A stretch of 64,000 nt of DNA. Source: Branchiostoma floridae (Eukaryota). A program made the translations under genes and the position numbers. A model generated the notes under the pieces. It saw only the letters and a list, made by a program, of their open reading frames with translations. It did no database searches and was not told the DNA's origin. Positions within the stretch are counted from its first letter, which is position 1. Each line of letters starts with the position of its first letter. Below, piece by piece: positions 46,038-57,454 of this stretch. The DNA is taken from NCBI RefSeq assembly GCF_015852565.1, contig NC_136205.1:3066707-3130706 (forward strand). The letters are read 5' to 3'.

Positions 46038-46133
46038 GAGGTAAGGAAACAGTAAGAAAGAAAGATTCATCATCACCAGAGGAGGAAGAGAGTGAAGAAG
46101 AGATGGGGTTTGGATTGTTTGATGATGGTGAAG
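46038..46133 (+). CDS. PARP4: PARP4 C-terminal-region exon 31, carrying a ribosomal P-protein-like tail motif (SPEEEESEEEMGFGLFDD)
   Basis: ttcacag|GGKETVRKKDSSSPEEEESEEEMGFGLFDDGE(G)|gtagga. Phase 1 in and out. Confidence 0.55.
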
Positions 46134-46398
46134 GTAGGATGGCAGGTGAGATGGTAGAGTACTGTAAATCTTGAGATGCATGGTTTTCATGGTGACATCT
46201 CCACCATGATACAATCGCCATACAAACAGCCCGGCTGGGCCCTGGGTTATAGAAATGTGACTTAGTCCTTACTGTTACCTAGTTTAATAAAAGAGACAAC
46301 GAAAAAGAACTGCAGTCAAAAATCATACTTTTGACACTTTTTGTTGGGCTCCGTTTTTCAAAGACACTAACTCTTGAATCTTTCTATTTCTTCAACAG

Positions 46399-48751
46399 CT
46401 GCTGATGAAAAAGAGGGTTCTCCTCTTGCTGATACTTATCAGATGAAGGCTAATGCCTTGCAATTGGAAAAAGGTCGATTTGCATCTCCCATGAGGTCTA
46501 GATCAAGGTCAAGGTCAGATAAACATTCCTCTCCAGCATACAGCCCGACATCTCCAGCATATAGCCCAGCATCTCCAGCATATAGCCCGACTTCACCTAC
46601 TGAGGAAGCCACAGAGGCTGAGTACACAAAGCCTAAACCTCTAGCTCGGAAAATGGCACCAAAACGGGTCGAAAAGGAGAAGGCACCAAGCCCACACTTC
46701 TCAAAGATGTCTGCAACGTTCTTGACCCGAGAATCTGAAAGGGGAAAGTCCTCATACAGAGTGTCAGATGAAGTTCAGGCTCGTGTAGATCGCCTTGATG
46801 ATCTAGTAGAAAAAGCTGATGCTCTTAGTGCACAAGCTGCAATATTTGGTGCTTCAACAACCATTTCTAAAGATGATGGCCTCTTTGCCGGTTCAACAGA
46901 GGCAAGTGTGCAGAAACCTAAACCTTTTGAATCCAAGCCAGGTATCGTTCAACCTGCCAGATTTACTTATGAAGCAACACCAGATACTACCAAGGGTCTT
47001 TTTGGCAGAAAGGCTGAACCAGAGACTGCAGGGTTTGCTCTTGCCCAGTCTGTGGCCGCAGAAGAGCCAGCTCCTGCTTTTGGTTTTGGAGCTCCAGTTG
47101 CAAGCTTTGGTGCAGAAACTTATGGAACTCGTGGTGTAGACTTGGATGCACCCATACCGTATGGCAAAATCCCAGTTGGTGGAACGCCGTTTGGTGAAAC
47201 GCCAGTTAGTGGAAAGCCGTTTGGTGAATCTGCTGTAAAGTTTGGAGGTCCTCCTGGCACTGTAGCTGGCACAAAGACGCAAGAGACTGCATTTGGTCAG
47301 GGTTTTGGTTATGCTTCAAGTCGTGGTGTAGGCTTTGGTAAAGCAACATTTGGTGAAGCAACATATGGCACACCATTTGGTGGAACACCATTTGCTGCAA
47401 CCACAGGTCTTTTTGCCCACTCAACTGCACCAAAGGATCAGGAAGCTGTGTCATTTGGTTTTGCTCCCTCTACTGACCAGAGCACAAGGGGTGGTGGAGG
47501 ATCCGCAGGTGGTTTTAGCTTTGGTTGGACTGCATCATCAGATTTGGGACAGAGGGATCGAGACAGGAGCTCCCCCCTAATTGGTGACACAAAAAAAGGA
47601 TTCAAGTTTGGAGCCTCACTTGAAGAGAAAGAAGAAACAGCAAGCTTTAGCTTTGGTGGATCCAGCCAGAAAGTGGTTCCTCAAGCAGGTTTTGGAGCTG
47701 ATCAACAGATGCAGCAGCAACAACAGCAACAACAACAACAGGCTCAGATGAATGTCTCTGATACTGCTCCTCAGAGGAAGATGCGAAGCAGGCTTCATGG
47801 CGCTATAGCTACCTTAAGTGAATCCAGTCAAGCAGAAATGGTTCCTGAAGCAGGTTTTATCTCCAATCAACGGATGCAGCAGCAACAGGCTCAGATGGAT
47901 GTTCTTCTTACTGCTCCTCCGAGGACAGGTGGTGGAAGGGTTCATGGCGCTTTAACTAGATTAGACGAATCCAGTCAAGCAAAAGTGGTTCCTCAAGCAC
48001 GTGTTGGCTCTCGAGCTCCTCAAAAAGCGAGGAAGACAACTGGCGGCAAGGCTGTTAGAGTTTCTTCAGGATTCAAGGACAGCTTGGACATCGTAGACAA
48101 GAGTTCACGCGACACTGGTGACTCTTGGAGAGCTGTCAAACGGACCGAGACCCCCATGGCTGGTTATTTTGACATGAGGGCCATGTCCCCTGCCTCAACA
48201 AATTCTGCACAGTCAGTTGCTTTTCAACAGCTGTCAGCATCTGCTGCCTTTCTACAGGCACCCCCTCCTGCGCCACCCCCTTGTTCAACAGGCCCCCCTC
48301 CTCTTCCACCCCGCTGCCCAGCAGGACCCCCTCCTCCAGCTGGTGCCCCTCCCCCACCACCACCACCCCCTAAGGGCATTCAGCTTCTTAAACCAAGAGC
48401 AAGTTTAAAGTCCAAAGCAGTAATGGCAGCACCCATGCGTGCACTATCCATGCCCTCGAAAGAATATGCCCCATTGCCCCCTCCTCCTCCAAGTTCAGTC
48501 GAACAGGCACCAGAGCTACCAGCATGGGATAGAGAAGAAGAACTGCAAATGGGGATTGTTGAAGAAAGCCGTGCAATTGCTTCGTATGAACAGATGGAAG
48601 AGTTAAAACCATTGTCAAGAAGTTTGGAATTGAGACAAAAGAAGAAAAAGAAACAGTTCGAAATCCAGGCAAGGTTGGAGGAAGAAAAGGTATCATTGGA
48701 CAAAGTCATGTACATGGATGAAAGCGTTCAAGAAGGAGAGGAAATGTACAG
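46399..48751 (+). CDS. PARP4: PARP4 giant low-complexity exon 32 (784 codons) with five modules: SPAYSPT CTD-like heptads, FG/GF repeats, polyQ, an FH1-like polyproline run and a basic KKKKKQFEIQARLEEEK tail
   Basis: Single ORF 46374-48755. The acceptor ttcaacag|CT at 46398 is in phase with exon 31. The donor ATGTACAG|gtaaga at 48751 is in phase with exon 33. The position corresponds to the Pro/Ser-rich disordered region of human PARP4. Confidence 0.65.
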
Positions 48752-49442
48752 GTAAGAGTGAAGTCAACAAAGTACAGTCTCTACCTAATTAGATGAATGT
48801 GAAATTTTCCACAAATCGGGGGAATATTTTATCTGAGAGCTTGCAATTGCCTGGTTAATGTAGTACAGGCTTGTCCGCTGAAGATTGTAACTTGTAACTG
48901 TAGCCCTTTGGCCAATTTCTACTGATTTTTCACATAAACCACAGTCTCATAGGGACTAAATGAAATGTTTGATTTATGTAATTGTGGCAAACATGTTGCC
49001 TACCTGAGCTTTTCAAAGGAAAAATGTAAAGTTTCAATAAAGTTAACGTAAATTACTTTCAAGGACCAATTTAGGGACTATTCTTGACAATTGAACTACA
49101 TGTAAATCCAAGGTTACACAAAGCTTACCATAAAAGTGTACAACTTGTGATAACAGTCATTATTTTCCACATAAAGCAGTGTTCAAGTTTGTGGGCACGG
49201 GTCAATGGTATGCAAATGTATTGTGTCGTCTTAACTTTATTCTTTAAAGTAGGGGTTCTTTGCATTGAGCAATTTCATGATATTCATACAATGCCACATC
49301 GTTGTAAACACCACAGAAGACAGTATCTCTTTTGTTTAGTATTTTTGTTTGATGTCAGCCTGTTGTTACATGATTGTGTATAATTATGCCTTTGTCATCT
49401 TGTTCATGACTTTTGTAACATGTATTACAAACTTTATTTCAG

Positions 49443-49519
49443 GACCAGTTTGAGGGGGTTTTACGGTCCAAGAAGAGGTCCCGGTGCATATCACTCTGCC
49501 AGCTTTCATCTAACCTCAG
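49443..49519 (+). CDS. PARP4: PARP4 exon 33
   Basis: tatttcag|(R)TSLRGFYGPRRGPGAYHSASFHLTS|gtaggt. Matches human GFGSYHPSASSPFHFQPS. Confidence 0.6.
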
Positions 49520-49978
49520 GTAGGTTAATCAATTCATGTGCAAAGTAAGGCTAATATCAGTAGTCTAAGACTAGATGGAGAGCTTTTTTATATAGTCATC
49601 CAAAGATCTAAACTTCATTGAAATATCATGATAGGACCGTTGATCATTGAAATAGCATTGAAAGATGTTGTAGGTCACTAAAATATCATTAGTAAGACCA
49701 TACTTCAAATGGGGGCATGGGTTCGTATCCCACTTCTGACACCATATTGGCTTAGAGATTATCTCAGTCGTAGACTTAAAATGCTCAACATTTCTTGTCC
49801 CAAAGAACTAATTGCCAAGGTACAATGGACCTGTAAATACTGTACACAGTGTCCATCTTACCTGTCATGACCAGTGCAGATGTTAGTAATGACTGACTAA
49901 GAAAAAAGAAATTGCACAAATGTCTAATCTGAAAAATGATGCTCACAAGTAATCATGTTTTTTTTCAACCCTCTGCAG

Positions 49979-50079
49979 GTTCCTTTAGTGGAAGAGAAAT
50001 TGATGTAGTACCTGTCGTGACCACAAGGGGGAGGGTCATCACAGAGACAACTGTTGACCAAATCTTTGCACTGCTAAAG
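49979..50079 (+). CDS. PARP4: PARP4 exon 34
   Basis: ctctgcag|(G)SFSGREIDVVPVVTTRGRVITETTVDQIFALLK|gtatca. Phase-consistent. Confidence 0.55.
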
Positions 50080-50578
50080 GTATCATTTGTAATTATTGGT
50101 TCAAATATAAAGTATAGTAGCTCTAGTTTTAGAGTGATGAATTACTGTAACATTAACACTGAATTTATTCTTTTTTGAGTGGGAGATTAGAATTGGTCTT
50201 GCACCCATCCATAATTTGACTGTTTTTTTGACAGTTTACTGCGTACTCGGATGCCAAAATGTTCTTTTATTCTTTATTGCAGGCGCTAATAGGCCCATAG
50301 TAAAAGCCTACTGTATAAGACACACAACATAACATAGATATTAAAACAACAATGCCACTCTATGTGTACAAGCGCCTCCTGATGTTTTTGAAATATTATT
50401 GTGTTATGGTAGAAAGAATCCAACTAGATGGAATGGGAAGAGTGGAAAAGCGGAATATACAAAAGAACGTTTGCGTCATGATAGAGTAATATTAGCATAG
50501 ATAATACCATAGTTTACTCATATAGCTAAAACCCAAGGATAAAACAATCAAATTTAATTATATTGCCCCCCTCCCCAG

Positions 50579-50693
50579 CACACTGACCAGGGGCTCTCCT
50601 ACTGGGAGTTCAGTCCAGAGTTAGACGAGTTGCTTGGGATTTCCAGTCAGCAGTGCATCCAGATATTTAACACTGCAGGACTCAAATCTCTGG
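50579..50693 (+). CDS. PARP4: PARP4 exon 35 (MVP-interaction region)
   Basis: ctccccag|HTDQGLSYWEFSPELDELLGISSQQCIQIFNTAGLKSL(G)|gtaaga. Matches human TEDGFWKLTPELGLILNLNTNGLHSFLKQKGIQSLG. Confidence 0.85.
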
Positions 50694-51244
50694 GTAAGAT
50701 CTCATTCATGATCATGGTCATAAGGATATGTGTCCATACATGTAGTCAGGTCAGATGACAACTGTTTCCCTCCTGTCAACAGTCTTTCAGCCTGCAAAAA
50801 GAATCTTCACATCTATTTCCTTGCATGATACTAAGTAATTTTCGCAAACCCATCAACTTAGTTCATTGCCTAGAAGTGGTCAAATGGTCTTGCTTTGATC
50901 AAGCCATATTGCATTAACAAAAGGTAAAGAAATGAAATAAGGAATGAATGAAGACCTTTATTCTACATTTTTGCCCAACTGAACTAAGCACAGGTCACAA
51001 GAAAGACAAAACACACAATGTTATGCAAAAGTACAATATTATTTGTATCATAGATCTAATCTAGTGAAGAAGTTTGGCTTCTTCTCCCTTCCTGGTAATG
51101 GTAAAAATGTAGGCTTGTATGTTGTTAGGTTTGTCAAAATGCAACTCATATCTATTAAGTGAATCTACTTCCTATTTCTATCATTAACATAGTGCATAGT
51201 CCAATCAACAACGAAGTGAACTTCATCTTCATTTATCTTCATCT

Positions 51245-51330
51245 CCAGGTGTGAATGTTGCCAGGCAGATACTGCAGCTGGTGGCCACCTTTGAACAAGC
51301 TCGTACAAAAAACATTGAAAAATACCTTTA
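51245..51330 (+). pseudogene. Degenerate partial duplicate of PARP4 exon 36 (…VNVARQILQLVATFEQARTKNIEKYL*)
   Basis: ttcatctccag|GTGTGAATGTTGCCAGGCAGATACTGCAGCTGGTGGCCACC... has the same acceptor and first 45 nt as the exon at 51380, then diverges to a stop. Confidence 0.6.
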
Positions 51331-51379
51331 AGTTAGCACTGAGTGGGACATAATTTTTTATTTTTATTTTGATCTCCAG

Positions 51380-51555
51380 GTGCGAATGTTGCCAGGCAGC
51401 TGCTGCAGCTGGTGGCCACCTTGCTGGTTGTGCAGCTGCTGATGCTGCACCTGCCGCAGCTGTTCCCCAGCTGCAGGAGCCTGCTGCACCTGGATGTGGC
51501 GCAGGTGCCGGCCAAGTGGTGCAGTGCATTGCAGCAGGTGCTCACATGGGCCAAG
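51380..51555 (+). CDS. PARP4: PARP4 exon 36 (MVP-interaction region)
   Basis: atctccag|(G)ANVARQLLQLVATLLVVQLLMLHLPQLFPSCRSLLHLDVAQVPAKWCSALQQVLTWAK|gtagga. Matches human RECLLDLIATMLVLQFIRTRLEKEGIVFKSLMKMDDASISRNIPWAFEAIKQASEWVRR. Confidence 0.8.
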
Positions 51556-51654
51556 GTAGGATTTTGTACTACAAAACTACCAAAACTAGACTGAGTTTGT
51601 ACTACAAAAACTTAATTTGTATACACTTGTTGCAAGAAGAGGAAAGAGACATGT

Positions 51655-51870
51655 AAATGATAGATGTAATAATAGTGGCGCAGGCGTCAGCCACTTGGTG
51701 CAGCACACTGCAACAGGTGCTCACATCGGCCAAGGTAGGAGTTACCTACTGATAATATGAGGGGCAATCAATAAGTTTACACAGAAAAAAGGTGCACAAC
51801 TCAAATTTTGGAGCATTATAAACTATATGAATGTGCACCAAAATTCAATGGGCCAAGGTAGGAGTTGGCT
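51655..51870 (+). repeat. Two extra copies of the exon-36 3' end plus donor junction (…CAACAGGTGCTCACATCGGCCAAG|gtaggag) and downstream intron start
   Basis: 51690-51740 and 51845-51870 repeat the sequence GGGCCAAGgtaggagtt...gaggggcaatcaataag. Confidence 0.6.
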
Positions 51871-52353
51871 ACTTAGTATGAGGGGTGATCAATAAATTCT
51901 TGGACTCATGAATAAAGGTGCTTAACTCAGATTTTGGATCTGATGTAAAGTATAAAGTATTATATGAATTTGTACCATAATTCAAATCATTGTGATCATT
52001 ATTGTACAGGCAACACCCAGTAATGGTAGGTAAGAGAGAAGAAAAAACATGGACAATTGAGCTGCAAGCTGAGGTGTGCATGTCAACTTGTTCTGCTAAA
52101 TGTCGGATACTAATAAAAGAATTAGGCACTGAAGAGGACGAATTTGAAAGAGAAATCAAGAAGCTTAAGATCACACCAATGTTCACTCATCAGGTATAAG
52201 CTTTGTTGTACTGTTGACCAATCGCTTACGTGACATGAATTATGAGGAAGACTGCAGTTGAAATTTCTATGTACTATTTTCTTGTGGTGGAACAAAATTT
52301 TAATTCTGTTATCATATAAATCTATTCGTTTATTAATTTTTCTATTTTCACAG

Positions 52354-52452
52354 AGTGTTGACACGATGCACCCATCAGTGTACTCCCGTTTGGAGCTTGG
52401 GAAGAGTTGGGAGGACCTGACCACAAAGCTGATCGGTGTCAGCAATGCATAG
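52354..52452 (+). CDS. PARP4: PARP4 terminal exon 37 with stop codon
   Basis: ttttcacag|SVDTMHPSVYSRLELGKSWEDLTTKLIGVSNA*. Matches the human C-terminus YPSICPRLELGNDWDSATKQLLGLQP. Confidence 0.85.
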   Translation, partial: SVDTMHPSVYSRLELGKSWEDLTTKLIGVSNA

Positions 52453-52549
52453 TAGTCACATGGCTGATTTCAGTAACAAAACAGTAGAGGGTAAAAGTTG
52501 TCTATTTTTGGAGTAGCATGTCAATAAGTACCAGTAGCATTTCATATTT

Positions 52550-52740
52550 CTTTCAAGATTGTATTATAAATCTTGAGACGTTTTAAAATTCTAAGAAACA
52601 TACTTTTATACTCAAAGAATCTTGAGACTAAATATAAAGATGATCTTGGAAAATCTCAAGACTGATGCAAAACATTTCAAGATTTACCACAAAATCTCAA
52701 GATATTTGGAATAAACCCCAAGATTTTTCGATTTTCAACT
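52550..52740. repeat. tcttgaga-unit interspersed repeat, copy 2, in the PARP4 3' flank
   Basis: See copy 1. Confidence 0.5.
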
Positions 52741-53269
52741 AGGTATGAAGACCAATATAATCTGTTGAGTACCATATGTTTTTCACAAACTATCAGCTAT
52801 CTAAGTTTAAGCTGTAAGAGGCTAGAAGTATTTGTATAAAGTGCTCTGCTTAGTCCAATAATAGTCTTCTAAGTTTTCAGTAATGTTAAGACAGCTACAT
52901 GTATATTCTGACAGTAAGAGATCAGTAACAGGTACTCATAGGAAAACTTAAGTTTAACTGTTCTTTTATCAATGATTAAGTTACATTGTCTTTGTTCTGC
53001 GTAAATATGATGATATCAATAATTGTAATTTTCATTTGTACTAAATTGAATATAGCATTGGTGTGTTAAGCATGTACGAAAGAAAAAATAAAGTTGTCTT
53101 ACACCTTTATGTTTTATGTCATTTAGTACTTTTTTTTTAGATATCCATGTCTAGATGCCTCCCTCTACATCTACCAATAATGCATATCTATTGACCCCCT
53201 CATTGTGTACACTTCCATTCCCTTCCGTTTTTTACGCACACACTCCCACTGACAAACACACACATTTAC

Positions 53270-53440
53270 ATAGGTGAGCGTCCACACACACACGCACACA
53301 CACACACATAAATATACACACGCACACAAACGCAATTGCAACAAGAGTTCGTAGACCTCAGGCCTGCATGAAATGTAATTGGTGTATGTTGAGATGTTGT
53401 GTATTTGTGTGTGTGTGTGGGTGGGGGGGGGGGGGCTGTG
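53270..53440. repeat. (CA)n … (GT)n(G)n microsatellite cluster
   Basis: cacacacacgcacacacacacac … gtgtgtgtgtgtgggtgggggggggggg. Confidence 0.85.
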
Positions 53441-54929
53441 TATCTTTGTGTGAATGGCCAGCTATGTGTAGCAGTATGGTTGTTGTAACCATACACTAAC
53501 CTTGTTTGAATGGGTCATGGTTTGTTATGGTTTTGGTGTGTGTGTGCGAAATAGTGGTTTGATCATTACTACAATGGTCTAATCTGATTTTGTACCCCTC
53601 AAAACATGGAGACACCAGAATAATTATTTTTGTAGCAGGTGTGGTTACAGTGATATTGACAAAAACAAGATTTTCTGTAAAACTGCCAAAATGGTGGTGT
53701 GATCATTACAAACATGGATTAATCTGGTTATTTATCCTTCGAAACATGGGGATAGACACCAAAATCAATTTGATACCATGTGAAGTTACTGAGATATTGA
53801 CAAAAAGAAGACTTTTCTTAATAAGTTAATGGCCGCCCTACTTTGCATATTGTGCGTATTGCCTAATGATGACAGAATGGCATAATCCAGATTCTTATAG
53901 AGCACACCTCAGAGGCATAGAAACATCAAAAGAACTTTGTATGAATTACATTGCAAGGTTATGTAAAAATATGGGGTTTGGCAACCAAACTAAGTCTTGT
54001 GTGGTAAGTATCAATGTGGTCGCTATGTTCATGTTGTAACAAAGACATTATAAAATGAAGGTATTGAAGTCAAAAGGCCAGTAACATTCTGTGCATAGTA
54101 AGAAAACAGTTTGTAATATATAGTTGTCAGGCACATGGCAGTATTGTATATCAGTAATAGTATCAAAATGACACAATGAAGAACTGGTAACCTTTAGCGC
54201 AAAACACCTGATCATCTGTAACACTGGACACACAACCATATAAATACAGTGTAGGTCCTAGTCATGACTTCCACTGGCACAATTTAAAGCCACCCTTCAT
54301 TCCAGATATCACATGACATCCCAACCATTTACCCAACATAAATATCAAATCCTATGATAAACATTTACACCAAAACAAGGTACAAACACACACAACCATA
54401 CAACATCGCAATACATCATCGCATATGACTATCAGTACAATAGACAACAAAAACAAGGGTATACATAATCTACAAAAAAAAACATACACATACCACTCTC
54501 TTACGCTAACACACTATCTCCTTCTCCTCCACCTTAGAAACTCGTCTCTTCTTGCGTTTCCCCATGATGACCAAACACGCTCATAACCTCGTATCACAAG
54601 TATAGAGGCTTGTACAGGACTGAAAGCAACACTTTAGCCTTCAGCACCACAACTTATACCTGACCAATCAATACAGCAGCAGATTAAACCAACCTACAAG
54701 CACTCTTAGAACAGAAGCCACTGATGTGATTTGTAACAACAGCACAGCCTGCTGTGACCACAAGCAAGCAGACCTACATGTACTAGTATCATCTGTTTCT
54801 TAGGAACAAATCCACTGCAGGATATCTAAAATTAGACCTGTCACTCAAACAGCCACACAAACCGTCATCTGGGTTCACAACCAAGCAGATATGAGTAGAC
54901 CTGCCCCAACCAAAAAAAAAACAGCATCA

Positions 54930-55530
54930 GCCTACAGTGTCAAGTTCAAGCACTAGGAGGCCCAAAATCAAACCTGACCACCAGGACACAAGCAACAATC
55001 CACGTAACAAATAGCAACACAATGGCACCTTGCGTTCCGGAGATACAGCGCACGCGCCGTGCCCGCAGAAAAGGTAACCTGGAATGTCAAGTTCAAGCAC
55101 CAAGGGCGCCAAAATCAAAATTGAGAATTATTCAGCCACCACCAACACATGTGCCAAATATCATTGCGCCCGCACCAACCGTTCAGAAGATATAACTCCG
55201 GAAAACCCCCTCCCCGACACAAAATTCGACCTGCCGCGTCAGGTTCAAACGCGACAAGGCCCAAAGTCAATCCTAGGCAACAAGCAACAACTCCCCACCC
55301 ATGCACCGAAAATCGTCGCAATGGCGCGTATCGTTCCGGACACACAGCGCCAAAAGTGCCCCAAAAAACACAAAAAATGCCACCTTCAATATTAAGTTCA
55401 AGCACCAGGAGGCCCAAAATCAAACCTGAGTGTCAAGCTAACACCCCCAACCCACGTACCAAAAATCGTCGTGCTCGCACCATCCGTTCTCGAGATACAG
55501 CGCCCTAAATCCCCAGCTTCCAAAAGTTCC
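54930..55530. repeat. ~150-160-bp tandem (satellite-like) repeat, ~3.5 copies
   Basis: Units start caagttcaagcac(c/t)a(g/a)g(a/g)ggcccaaaatcaaa and contain ccgttc(c/a)g(g/a)agata(c/t)a. Confidence 0.6.
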
Positions 55531-57316
55531 CACGCCCCTGAAAACCATACCTGCATACATGCAGGTAATTACACAAACATAAATACCCACATACACATAC
55601 ATGTACACACATAATTACACACTGTCAGACACATATAAATACATACACGCGCATACAAGCACTCACATGTAGGATGCAGACAATACCTACATTTGCATAC
55701 ATTATTAAGAATGGTCTGGAGCCTGCCCAAACTGGTTCTTCTGCATGTTTCCTTGTTTATCGCATTTGTGTCCAACCCACCAAACTGGGCGTCTCGGTAC
55801 AACGGTACAACATCTGCTGTATCTAGCTAATAATAACAAGACAGAAGACTTTTGGCTCATCAACCTAAAGACGGTATGTGGTCTTTGAATTCTATAGCTA
55901 TCACTTTTGTGTCTTACATTGGCGGCAAATACGACCAAGTTGTCGTAAGACGTTGAAACTCTTTAATGCTTCTCATTGTGTATATGTCCTCACACACCAG
56001 CAACGATTTTCCAACAACCTGCCTCAACCGTAATCATGCACGTTAGGGTTTTTGCCTTGCCGCCAGGCAAGGCTTTACGCCAGCTTTTTTCCATGGATCA
56101 ATGGACGGACCTTTTAACCCAGCCCTTCCAAAGCCCCTTCCAAAGGCCCTTCTTTCCTTGCCGAGTTTCATGGCTTAGTTAGACAATGGTACATTCCAGA
56201 CGAGTATTAAAACGCTCTTCTAGACGCATGTTACTGTATGTGGTCCAGCGTAATAAATCTACGCTTTAACTCACCATGTTCATATAAATATATATCACAA
56301 ATTGCATCAGAAGGAACTTAGTTTGTAATAAAAAATAATGCATATTCATTGTGGGTCAAAAAGTTTTACAAAACCTGTTTAATGTGCCAATAATTCATCT
56401 GACATAAATTATGATAATGAGGGGGAGGGGGGCGACATGTGGAACTCGGGATTTTTAAGCGTAGAATCTAGTCTAACTTACCAAAATAACATAAAATACG
56501 CGGCAAGGCACAGCTTTTTTAAAAAGATTTCTTGTTTGACAGCAGACCTTTTTCGTCTAGTAGTACGTTTCGGCACAGGTAATCCCGACTTAGAGATGGA
56601 GGGGGTAGAATGGTGATCCCGTTCTTGAGGAGAGTCACACATGTGCACATCGAGTACCTTTAAGGGCCCCACAACATGGAAATTGGTAAGCTAATAAGGG
56701 TTACTTGGGTGAGCGTAAGCAGTTCATAACCTTTATAATCTTAAATGAATTATCGACATCCTCGCAAATCAACCTTTGGCTTCAAATAGAGAGTAGTACT
56801 CAATGGCAGGCTCGATCTCATTCAAATGTGCAACATGTAGCGATTTAGTTTAGAAAAAATACACCAGCTTATGTTGAATAGATAACGTCGAAAGAATTGA
56901 ACAATGCTATAGTTGGCTACAGAAATTATTGACCATTATAGTAAAACATTTTACGGAAAGTATACTAGAAATGACTCAAACAGTCCTATGAAATCATAAG
57001 GTTCATTCAAATGCTTAGGTACCTCTGTTCCTTAGAAAGTCAGATAAACTGTACCGACTCACAATAAAGCTTTAACGTTAAACAGAGTACAAGAACAAGA
57101 ACAGTTACTGATCTAATCTGATCCTTGGACTTGCAACTGATCTGTGCTTAGGTGCACACGAGCAACTGCGCAGATGCCTGCTTTACACACGGTCAGACGT
57201 CATCTTGTCAACAATGGACACGAACCTGCTTAGGTTTGAAAAACGTCATCTTGTCAGCAATGGACACGAACCTGCTTAGGTTTGAAAGATGACATTTGGA
57301 ATATTTCCTGTTCTAG

Positions 57317-57454
57317 GTGGTTGCTGCTGACGGTGTCGTCCTGACCGTCTTGGACCGCGTGACCGAAGACGAGAGAGAGATAGAGTTGCCACAGGGCTAT
57401 CTTGGCGACGAGATAAAAACTCGTTTTGATCAATTGGAAAGTTGTATCGACGTG
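57317..57454 (+). pseudogene. Paralogous copy of a PARP4 3' exon (like exon 34) in a partial downstream duplicate
   Basis: ttctag|VVAADGVVLTVLDRVTEDEREIELPQGYLGDEIKTRFDQLESCIDV|gtaagc resembles EIDVVPVVTTRGRVITETTVDQIFALLK. Confidence 0.4.

Noticed and set aside
46439-48715. Multiple minus- and plus-strand ORFs (for example 46893-47282, 48380-48715) inside the giant PARP4 exon
   Set aside because: They are alternative-frame artefacts of a long low-complexity coding exon. Only the 46374-48755 frame is splice-phase consistent and extends through all modules.
52002-52199. Plus-strand ORF (…ELGTEEDEFEREIKKLKITPMFTHQ) with acceptor and donor-like ends between PARP4 exons 36 and 37
   Set aside because: Exon 36 (ends 51555, phase 0) joins directly to exon 37 (52354). 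That reproduces the human C-terminal alignment (…EWVRR|TEGQYPSICPRLELG…). The ORF has no homology support, and its only open frame is out of phase with exon 36.
54930-55530. Regularly spaced direct repeats that could be mistaken for a CRISPR array
   Set aside because: This is a eukaryotic locus. The units are ~155 bp and there are no unique spacers. It is a satellite, not a CRISPR array.
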